DNA of 62,989 nt, counting the filler, from Stramenopiles sp. TOSAG23-3 (lineage: Eukaryota), in the NCBI GenBank assembly GCA_900128585.1. It is 22 parts of 22 records of this genome, joined end to end, with 100 filler letters (N's around TTAATTAATTAA, not from the genome) between each part and the next. Parts side by side here need not be neighbours in the genome. Positions count along the whole stretch, not along the records: positions 54,540 to 57,291 come from LT644605.1; positions 57,392 to 60,140 come from LT644606.1; positions 60,241 to 62,989 come from LT644607.1; 19 more parts are not named here. One strand, 5' to 3'. Made by a program: the position numbers and the translations under genes. The notes under the pieces were generated by a model. The model had not been told where the DNA came from, did no database searches, and saw only the letters and a list, made by a program, of their open reading frames with translations. How positions within the stretch are numbered: the first letter of the stretch is position 1; every line of letters starts with the position of its first letter. Positions 54,643-62,989 of the stretch are shown piece after piece.

Positions 54643-54957
54643 ATGAAGCAATTGAAGCCGGACTTGGCAAACACGATCGTAAAAACTGTGGGCTGGTCCT
54701 CCATCGAAGATACCAACTCAATTGTAACGAAAAAAGATATTGAGGTTGCCTTACAACATTTCGACAAGGATATGTTGACGCGAATCGAACAAACCTACAA
54801 GAACGATGTCAGAAAGCGTATTCGAGAAGGGATAGATTCACCTAGGGCATTCATGACCCTTCTGCGCAGGGTATTGAAGCGTCACAAGGTTTCCGTGTTG
54901 TACGATAAAGAAGTTGGTGAGGGAGGAGCGTATTTTAAATACAGACTAGTACATTGA
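54643..54957 (+). CDS. Small hypothetical protein, possibly winged-helix / large-DNA-virus-like
   Basis: 104 aa, natural composition; AFMTLLRRVLKRH..YRL suggests helix plus beta-wing. Confidence 0.5.
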   Translation: MKQLKPDLANTIVKTVGWSSIEDTNSIVTKKDIEVALQHFDKDMLTRIEQTYKNDVRKRIREGIDSPRAFMTLLRRVLKRHKVSVLYDKEVGEGGAYFKYRLVH

Positions 54958-55282
54958 TTATATTACTGTTTTACATACCTTTTTCAAGCGCTGAAAGGGT
55001 TTTGCCCATTCTGGATATATATCTTTTCAATATGAAAAGTCGAAAAAGTGGAAAAAGTGGAAAAAGTGGAAATCAGAAGAAAAGTTGAGAAGAAATAAAA
55101 AAAAAATTATAAAAATATTTCGGGGTACTCCGGATTTCCCCCAATTTTCCACTTTTTCCACTTTTCAACCTATTTCTATATTATTTTACAAACCTTTGTT
55201 TTTAGTCATTGAAAGGGGTTATCCCCGTACTGAAAAGTGGAAATCAGAGGAAAAGTTGAGAAGAAATTAAAAAAAAATTATA
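54958..55282. repeat. Iteron-like cluster: (GAAAAAGTG)x3, inverted copies and ~50-bp direct repeat
   Basis: 9-mers at 55042, 55051, 55060; inverted at about 55145-55166; direct repeat 55062-55111 vs 55232-55282. Confidence 0.85.
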
Positions 55283-55750
55283 GTGTTGAAATGTTTTTTT
55301 AAAAAAATTAGGTAAATTATCTGTGTTTTACGACAGAAAACAAAATAAAACTTCCTTTTACTGTCATTGATAAACCCTATACCTGAACATCAACGCTGTA
55401 GTTGTAAAAGATGAATTGCATTTATTTTTTAAATATTCTTTACGGCACAGCTACTACTACACCTTAGTTTGAATATTATTATTTATTATTTAATACTTTT
55501 TACTTAATATTTGAAAATTTCAACTACTACTATCTCCTTCGTGGTGGACGCAAGAGCGAGAAAGTGTATACCTTGATAATGATACTTTTTCCGCTAGCTA
55601 CTGTAGAACCGCCATGGATGTCAAGAAACGTTTTCGTAGTTTTATCAGCGAGCTGCAGGCAGAAGGAGAACGCTTTGAATGCCCTTGAGAAGGAGTACCG
55701 CCTTGGAGGATAGAAGAAAACGAACGCAGTTTGCGGGAAAACTCGGTAAA

Positions 55751-56299
55751 ATGAAAGCACTCTTTCTTTTCGGTGTATTACTTGCAGTTTATCACGCAAA
55801 CGTAGATGCTAAATCATTTCGAATGCTTGGGAAGAATGGAACAACAGCGTGCAGAAAATCTCATTATATAGACAATGGGCAACGGAGGTTGTGTGAGTGT
55901 GACAGCGACTGTAACCACGAAAACAACTTTTGCGCGGAAGGTTTGACCTGCAGGGCAGACGGTGTTTGTCGCAACATCAGCTCGCAGAAAAACTGTAACG
56001 TCACTTGGTTGATGAATATCCCGGCAATCATGACAATCCTTGGCGTTGTCATAATAATAATAGTCTGTGTATTCCTTTATGTGTGCCTGCTTGCCCGCTT
56101 GTCCAAAGTACGAAGGGTGGAATCAGGAGACGTTGTTGTTGGCAGAGCTGTTATCGACAATACTACAAACGGATACGTAACTTCTCGCGTTGACGTTAAT
56201 ATACCAGTCGCCAGACTTGTTAATGAAATAGAACTAGAAAATGTCCGTTATGCAGTTCCGTCAACTTTGCACACAACCGAAAAATATTCAGCTAGATAA
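55751..56299 (+). CDS. Small Cys-rich type I membrane glycoprotein
   Basis: Signal peptide, 8-Cys ectodomain, sequons NGT, NIS, NVT, one TM, cytosolic tail. Confidence 0.75.
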   Translation: MKALFLFGVLLAVYHANVDAKSFRMLGKNGTTACRKSHYIDNGQRRLCECDSDCNHENNFCAEGLTCRADGVCRNISSQKNCNVTWLMNIPAIMTILGVVIIIIVCVFLYVCLLARLSKVRRVESGDVVVGRAVIDNTTNGYVTSRVDVNIPVARLVNEIELENVRYAVPSTLHTTEKYSAR

Positions 56300-56594
56300 T
56301 AGAGCAACGCTGCGGTCGTGGTAAATTTATCGACTTTAGAGTATTTTTGGATATGTAGTCGTTCACGTACAGGTGGTGAAAAAAGGACCGTAGGGCGATG
56401 ATTCTTCTTCGCTTGGCCGGGGTGTCTGGCAACGTCTTCAAGTACCTTTGGACGTGCAGTAGGCGTATCTTAGTCACGTCTTCTTCCACGTTATTTGCTC
56501 TCAACCACTTTCGAAAATGTGACAAATCGATGTTGTAATGCTCCTGCGTTAGTTTGCCCTTGGTGTAGATGAATTCTTCGATATGTTCGTCCAT
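56292..56594 (-). CDS. Tyrosine recombinase (XerC/D-like) N-terminal core-binding domain only; catalytic domain absent
   Basis: TQEHYNIDLSHF..VQRYL..RRIIALRSFFHHL..YISKN..INLPR. Confidence 0.72.
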   Translation of the reverse strand: MDEHIEEFIYTKGKLTQEHYNIDLSHFRKWLRANNVEEDVTKIRLLHVQRYLKTLPDTPAKRRRIIALRSFFHHLYVNDYISKNTLKSINLPRPQRCSII

Positions 56595-57391
56595 TTTATC
56601 ACCGTTTTTTATTTGTATCTATTATGCAACCTACCGTTTTCGTTCTCCGATAGTTTTGGGAGGCACGGTTCCAAACCGGCCCCCGGGACTCGTACGCGTG
56701 TGTGTCGGGCCAGCTCAACCGGCCCAATACGAATGCGTCGGGCCAGTTTTCTCACGCACATGGCAACCCACGCACAACTTTCCTAGGATGTCAGAGTAAA
56801 TGAACGGGCATTTTTGTTTCAATAGAAGAAAAGTTTTTTTTCTGTAAAGTTCAGGTAAGACTGACTTGTCGAAGGTGTCGGGACTATTGGTAGGCACCAG
56901 AAAAGGGCTATCTTTGTATGTTGGAAGAGAACAAAAATGCCACCTGCTTGTGCTGGGGCAGTGAATGCATGACGCAAATAATTGTTCAGATAGAAGGAGT
57001 CAAAGAGTTCCTTCCATGAAGGTTGATCCGGGCGTGTCTTGCCTCCTTCGATAGACCTTTAGCTTCGTATGGCCAAAATTCGGGTACAAAAAAGGTCCAC
57101 TTCAATGGTGCGCGCCTAGACTCCTACTGTTGTTCTATAAATACTTAATTATAATGTATCATTTTGAATAATATCCATATAATAGAGATAACTTATCGTT
57201 AGCTGGTACGTTGTTCCAGAAAAACGCTATATCATATACTCCTGCTGTGTTTCATTTTAATATTATTTTTGTTAAGGGTTAGCTTTTTATGNNNNNNNNN
57301 NNNNNNNNNNNNNNNNNNNNNNNNNNNNNNNNNNNTTAATTAATTAANNNNNNNNNNNNNNNNNNNNNNNNNNNNNNNNNNNNNNNNNNNN

Positions 57392-59941
57392 CATATATTC
57401 CAAATCGAAGAATTTGGTGGCACTGATGGACGCCACTCCGTAACGATGGTACTATGGGATGATGTAGACTGGGGGGCATTTGTTGTAGTTGAAGGGGAAA
57501 CCTTAGCGACGTACGTATATTCACCGGTATCCATAAATGGTCCTGTTTGCACGAAAATAGGTTCAATTGGCATAGGAGCAAATGGAGACATGAAAATCAC
57601 CCCAAACAACACTAAATTGCCCCACGGTTGCAGTCCTATAAGTATATTCAATGGCAGAATTACGTGCCAGCGGCAGAATGGCCAGTTGGATTCAGTTGTA
57701 CTGCAAACTCACACCAATGTGAAAATAAGGCATGGAATGGAGAAGTCTCGAGCATATTTTGAGTTATGTTTCAATCAGCGGTTAGCTCTAATGCGACTTA
57801 AGGATGCGTGGGATGTGGCTGTGAAACTTAAGGAGAGGCGATTCTGGCTTGCGTTAAGTGGGAAGGCCCTTGAACAGCTAGATATAGCAATGGCTCTGCG
57901 TGTTTACCGTGCTCTTGGAGATGCTGGTATGACGCAATCGTTAGAACGAGTAGTGGATGTGGAGGACAAGCGATTTTTGGCTGGGTACGTCCATATTTTG
58001 TTCTCCGATTATTCCAAAGCACAGGAAAACTTTCTCGGTTCTACTGTTCCACAAGCAGCGTTGGAAATGCGTCGAGACTTATTACACTGGGATCATGCTC
58101 TGAAACTGGCTGAGACGATCGATCCCTCTCAGGTTCCATTTATATCTGCAGAATATGCCCAGCAGTTGGAATTTAAAGGAAAATATGGGGCAGCGTTACA
58201 AAACTACGAGTCCGCGATTCTAGGTATACAGGCATTGAATACTTCCCCCGGCTACAGAGGGAAGGAGAGTACAATCTCCGGTTCTTCGTTTGATGCTGAT
58301 CGCAATAAGCTGGCCAAGTATGAATCGTTGTGTGAATGTGGTATTGCTCGGATGATGATACGGCAAGGTGATATTCGCCGTGGAGTGTCGCGAGTGAAGA
58401 ATAATGGCAATGCTTCTTTATGTCGCGAATGTGCTTCAATATTAGAAACAATGCGACAGTATCCTGAAGCTGCGCGCTTGTTTGAATTGGGTGGGTGCCA
58501 CGAAAAAGCTGCTGCTGTGTACATTCAATGCAAAGACTTCACGTCTGCTGCTCCGTTAATGACTCATATCAAGTCCGCCAAGTTGCATGGGCAGTATGCC
58601 AAGGCGAAGGAGGCGGCAAAAGATTATGAAGCTGCTATTAAAGCTTATGAAGCTGCAAATGATATGGACTCTGTAGTAAGGCTGTATCTGGACTACGTGG
58701 ACAACCCAGAACTTGCGTTTGCAATTGTCCGAAGTACATCCTCTGCAAATGCTGCACAAATGGTGGCTACGTTCTGTCGCGTGAAAGCTAATTGGGCAGG
58801 TGCTATAGAATTTTTGTTAATGGCAAAACGGGGAGAGGAGGCATTTGAACTCGCAGAAAAGCACAACCAAATGGATATTTATGCAAATGCTATGAAAGAT
58901 AACGGCTCAAGTGAAGATTACATGAAAATCGCAAAGCATTATGAACGAAAGGCCAATTGGGGGAAAGCTGGTAAATATTGGGCAATCTCTGGCAAATACC
59001 ACCAAGCTCTTAAGTTGTTTTTGAAGTGCGGAGAAGATGAAATCGAAAAAGCCATTGAAGTTGTTGGGAAAGCGAAGTCCCAAATTTTGACTCACACTTT
59101 GATCGATTATTTGATGGGAGAAGAGGATGGTGTTCCAAAAGATCCCAACTATATATTTCGCCTATATATGGCTCTTGGGAACTTTAAACAAGCGGCAAAA
59201 ACTGCCAATATAATAGCGCGCCAAGAACAGGAACTTGGGAATTATAAAGTTGCCCATCTTATACTGTTTGAAACTATAAAAGATCTGGAAGCCCAGAATG
59301 TGAAAGTTCCAGCAAATTTGCGTTCATCTTTTTTGCTATTGCATAGTTACATACTAGTAAAGAAACTGGTCAAGCAAGGTGACCATGTCAACGCTGCCCA
59401 TATGCTTATGCGAGTCGCGGACAATATTTCAAAATTTCCGATGCATACTGTGCAAATACTGACATCAGCAGTCATCGAATGCCAGCGCTCTGGCATGAAG
59501 GCAAAAGCTTTTGAATACGCTTCTCTATTAATGACGCCCAACAATCGTAAATCTGTCCCGGAGAAATTCCGCAAGAAGATTGAGAACATTGTAAGGAAAA
59601 AACGGGGTGTGCTGGAAGATGTTAAGACTGATGCATCACCGAGTCCATTCGATTCAAAAGTGAAAGTTCCTGTAGATCAATTGATTTGCCCGACAACTCG
59701 AAATGATATACCTTGGTGTATTGTTTCAGGTTATCACATGGAAATTGGCGATTGGAGTATTTGCCCGAACACAAATATGCCTGCCCTGCACAGCAAATAT
59801 ATAGCATGGCTAAAGAAAGACCCCTACGATCCAATAACGGGTAAACCTGTGGATTTGTCTGCAATCCAGTTGCTGAGAAAACCTAAGGTTGTTCACATCA
59901 CGTCATCTCCACCTGCGAACCATGCACAGATTTCGAAGTAA
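57392..59941 (+). CDS. WDR19: Intraflagellar transport protein IFT144/WDR19, C-terminal part; 5'-truncated
   Basis: AALEMRRDLLHWDHALKLA, EYAQQLEF, LIDYLMGEEDGVPKD..FRLYMAL, ISKFP.H.V.ILTS.VIECQRSG. Confidence 0.95.
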   Translation, partial: HIFQIEEFGGTDGRHSVTMVLWDDVDWGAFVVVEGETLATYVYSPVSINGPVCTKIGSIGIGANGDMKITPNNTKLPHGCSPISIFNGRITCQRQNGQLDSVVLQTHTNVKIRHGMEKSRAYFELCFNQRLALMRLKDAWDVAVKLKERRFWLALSGKALEQLDIAMALRVYRALGDAGMTQSLERVVDVEDKRFLAGYVHILFSDYSKAQENFLGSTVPQAALEMRRDLLHWDHALKLAETIDPSQVPFISAEYAQQLEFKGKYGAALQNYESAILGIQALNTSPGYRGKESTISGSSFDADRNKLAKYESLCECGIARMMIRQGDIRRGVSRVKNNGNASLCRECASILETMRQYPEAARLFELGGCHEKAAAVYIQCKDFTSAAPLMTHIKSAKLHGQYAKAKEAAKDYEAAIKAYEAANDMDSVVRLYLDYVDNPELAFAIVRSTSSANAAQMVATFCRVKANWAGAIEFLLMAKRGEEAFELAEKHNQMDIYANAMKDNGSSEDYMKIAKHYERKANWGKAGKYWAISGKYHQALKLFLKCGEDEIEKAIEVVGKAKSQILTHTLIDYLMGEEDGVPKDPNYIFRLYMALGNFKQAAKTANIIARQEQELGNYKVAHLILFETIKDLEAQNVKVPANLRSSFLLLHSYILVKKLVKQGDHVNAAHMLMRVADNISKFPMHTVQILTSAVIECQRSGMKAKAFEYASLLMTPNNRKSVPEKFRKKIENIVRKKRGVLEDVKTDASPSPFDSKVKVPVDQLICPTTRNDIPWCIVSGYHMEIGDWSICPNTNMPALHSKYIAWLKKDPYDPITGKPVDLSAIQLLRKPKVVHITSSPPANHAQISK

Positions 59942-60240
59942 ATCTCTTGCTGGAAACTAAAAAAAAACCTACGAAGTAAAATATCTTAATAAACAAAAAA
60001 CTGTCTGTTATTTCAAGTAATTAAAAAATCCAGCAGTGAGCAATCCAGCAGTCAGCACCCCAGCATCGCCCCGACCCTAGTAGTGATATCCTCGGATGAT
60101 GACACAGAGAATCAGAGCGTTGCCAGCAGGACGAGGTTCCNNNNNNNNNNNNNNNNNNNNNNNNNNNNNNNNNNNNNNNNNNNNTTAATTAATTAANNNN
60201 NNNNNNNNNNNNNNNNNNNNNNNNNNNNNNNNNNNNNNNN

Positions 60241-62323
60241 CAGTATACACCGCGAGGGGAGCATTCAGCGCGACGCAAGTACCACCAGGAGTGCCGTTGG
60301 CGCCACAGACCGGGGGCTCGAAAACCGAAAATCGTACGGACTTGTACGTGTTTGTTTGGTGCTGAAGTTTGTACACATGCAGTTCCCAATGTTCTGGTGG
60401 GCTGTGCGAGTACGCCCGTCCCATAGCAATTTCAACAGAATGAATGTTCCCATTTGCTGCACAGGGCTGGGATAGCATAATTGCGGGTTTTTTCCACGTG
60501 GCGGTCGTCGGTAGGCATGACGGGCCTACAGAGAATTGATCGGTATGCGGCAAAATTGTAGCAAAAAATCCGGCCACCGTTTTCCCTCGGGAATCTTCAT
60601 TTCGATACGCCGAGAATTCCATAAGATGGCCGATGCCGAACACATGAGCCCGCATGGCCTTGAAATACAAGGTTTGCGACGCCGCGGCAGCCCTTGAGCG
60701 GCTGCGTAGGTTTAGGTTCCCGGACGGCCCGTGTAGGCAGATGTACTGCCCCCTTTTCACGAGGACGGGCTGTGTCGGAACACAGGTCTGCGGGCTCTGT
60801 ATTTGGATTAAATTGATAGAAAGATCATGCTCAGAAACGCAACGGAATCGCGCATGACCGGAAGAAATGGCAACGTTCTCCATGACGTACATTTTAAGCT
60901 TTCCGCCAAGCACAGAGCACGCGGACCCCAGCCACAAAGTAACAGACTTTAGCACACCATCCGAAGGGACAATACCGTCGCTCATCATGTACTTCGCCTT
61001 CCAGCTGGCCGTCATATCGTACGGGATCGGGGAGAAATTAACGTATTCGAACGGACGCTCCTCTTGCAATGGCAAGTCTTCGGCGAAGTGAACCCTGGCG
61101 ATCGACGTAGGCCTATTGGTTGGGATTGGTGGGGGTGGAGAACCGCTTCGTGAACGACCCGCTGAGTTTCCATCCGGGTTGGTCAGAACGACGAACCCTG
61201 GACAAGTTGACCCCCGGTGATCCGTATTCTCGTACTGCGAAAATGTAAATTTGTTCCCAATCAGACCCTCTACATCCAAACCGAGGGGAACGCGAGGAAA
61301 TGCGGGGCTTGGACGGAAGAGAAAGGTCTCTGGCCTTGCTCCCGTTCTTTTGGTCCTAGAACAAAGTTGCAACGCCTTTCCCGTAACATTATACAGGGCA
61401 ACGTAATTTCCACTATCGATTGCAGATTCCCCGCGGCGTGTGTTCAACCTCGCCGGTGCCGCATTGGCAGACGCGTGCATTAGACCATTTTCAATTGGCG
61501 AAGTATCGAGCTTGTGCACCCGCACAAGACTAAACCTTGCTTGAACCACTCGCTTGAATTCAAGAAGCACCCAGTCACCAGGATATTTGGGTTTCCCTAA
61601 CTTGACGTCGATCCCGACGATTACGCCACCCTGCCTCACCGGCTGGTCTAGCATGCAGAACGGTGTTTGCCAGTTTGCAGTGTGTGCCAGGGTCAGGTTG
61701 TGATGAGGGACATCGCCGGTACGGCGCGTGGCGGAACTATTCACTTCACTAGCCGCCGGCCGGACCGAAGGCTCGGGGGCACGAATCAAAACCGAAAAGC
61801 CGCAGGTAGGATTGCCCAGTCTGCTAGCCTTGTGGACTCTTGTGGTCATCATAGTGTAAGTGTTCCCTCCAATGCGTCGGTCGTTGTTAAAGAAAAGGGG
61901 GGTTGCGTGGCTTCCCCGACTTGCCAAGTTAAGTTTTGAACCAGGAGAATGCAAGGCAACGAATTGCCCTCTTTTGACAGGGACAGGCCTTTGTAAATGT
62001 TCAGTCTGTTCCGTAGTTATCTGGTATGCACTGGAATTAGAGTCTGCAGAAAACGACTGTCTATGACAAATTGTAAATTGATGGATTTCGGTTTCAGGGA
62101 AAGTACCCGCATCGTCCAAGACAAGAAGCTGTAGTTCCTGTACTGCTGGTGTCCTGAGAGTTCTGACAAACTTGACTGCAGAGATGACCCCGTCCCGGTC
62201 GACGGGAAAAGAGTTAACCATAAGTGGGGCAGCCCATGTCCCGTGGATTGGCAAAGGATGCTCATGTCGGGAGAGGTGCCAATGTTCTGCGGAGGTTTGG
62301 TTGTTTGAGGACCGCAAAGCCAT
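60241..62323 (-). CDS. Uncharacterised protein with at least 4 copies of a ~160-aa beta-rich domain; 3'-truncated
   Basis: Recurring TAxW..M..P...GxIxxV and PVxVKRGQxxxLH..LNLxSR motifs. Confidence 0.75.
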
Positions 62324-62718
62324 GGGACTTACGAAAGCGAAAAAGGACCGAGGCCGACAAGCAAATGCAGCAAAAACGCCCCAGGCAAGGAGGAAAGCTT
62401 GTAGCCCAAATACGATTTGTAAACCCTTGGTTTGACTAAAGTCGTTTCGGGCAACAGCAGCAGCAGTGCGGTGGGCGTGGGTGGGCGAAATTTAATAATA
62501 ATATTTACACCGAAGATATATTTGGCTACTAACGAATTACTACTTCGTACAACAATTTAAACTCTATTTTTTCTTTATTATTATTATATTTTTTATAAAA
62601 AAATAACTAATAAATAATAATAATAATGAGGAGGAGATGATTTTTTTTAGGATAATAATTTTTTAAATTATTATTTTTATTATCTCTTCTTCTTTCTTCT
62701 TCTTTCTTCTTCTTCTTA

Positions 62719-62989
62719 TTAGAAACAAAAAAGAGAAACGAAAAGAGAAAAGATCGCTCTTACTTCCTCCTTCCTCCTTCCTTCCTTCTTCTTCTTAAAA
62801 ATAAAAAAGAGAAACGAAAAGAGAAAAGATCGCTCTTACTTCTTCTTCCTCCTTCCTTCCTTCTTCTTCTTAGAAATAAAAAAGAGAAACGAAAAGAGAA
62901 AAGATCGCTCTTAAAATTACTTCCTTCCTTCCTTCCTTCCTTCCTTCCTTCCTTCCTTCCTTCCTTCCTTCCTTCCTTCCTTCCTTCCT
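62719..62989. repeat. ~75-bp tandem repeat (3 copies) followed by (TTCC)n
   Basis: AAAAAAGAGAAACGAAAAGAGAAAAGATCGCTCTTA three times. Confidence 0.92.

Noticed and set aside
2800-60240. Regularly spaced TTAATTAATTAA as a biological repeat or piggyBac target array
   Set aside because: Always centred in exactly 44+44 Ns; synthetic six-frame-stop linker
62719-62915. CRISPR-like array (also considered 26713-26861 and 55034-55282)
   Set aside because: Intervening sequences are near-identical low complexity rather than unique spacers; eukaryotic context, no cas genes
1-62989. Gene cluster or operon-like system spanning contigs
   Set aside because: Contigs are ordered by length, so adjacency across linkers carries no information
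1-62989. rRNA, tRNA or snRNA genes
   Set aside because: No recognisable conserved motifs or cloverleafs by eye; a covariance-model scan is needed to exclude them fully

Overview
This window is not one contiguous locus. It is 22 short contigs (2,799 falling to 2,749 bp, sorted by decreasing length) joined by an artificial 100-nt linker (N44-TTAATTAATTAA-N44), so neighbourhood across linkers is meaningless. The content is eukaryotic nuclear DNA from an intron-poor, flagellated protist; a stramenopile-like MAG/SAG is my inference. Housekeeping genes: mitochondrial citrate synthase, RPB4, condensin and cohesin subunits, RECQL4, VPS33, IFT144/WDR19, CCDC124, organellar TrpRS, myotubularin and RCC1 proteins. 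It also holds a Ty1/copia and a piggyBac element and GAA/TTC microsatellite-rich intergenic DNA. Most notable: (1) a selenoprotein O gene with a missed in-frame UGA (MT-U-SS) and a clear SECIS inside a larger folded 3' UTR; (2) a ~35-nt motif recurring near gene 3' ends on five contigs; (3) a contig bounded by a perfect 79-bp inverted repeat carrying a truncated TM-LRR gene; (4) a virus/mobile-element-like contig with a lone tyrosine-recombinase N-terminal domain and iteron-like repeats; (5) a ~315-bp foldback; (6) several unusual domain fusions and bacterial/phage-like genes. All family calls come from motif recognition, not database searches.
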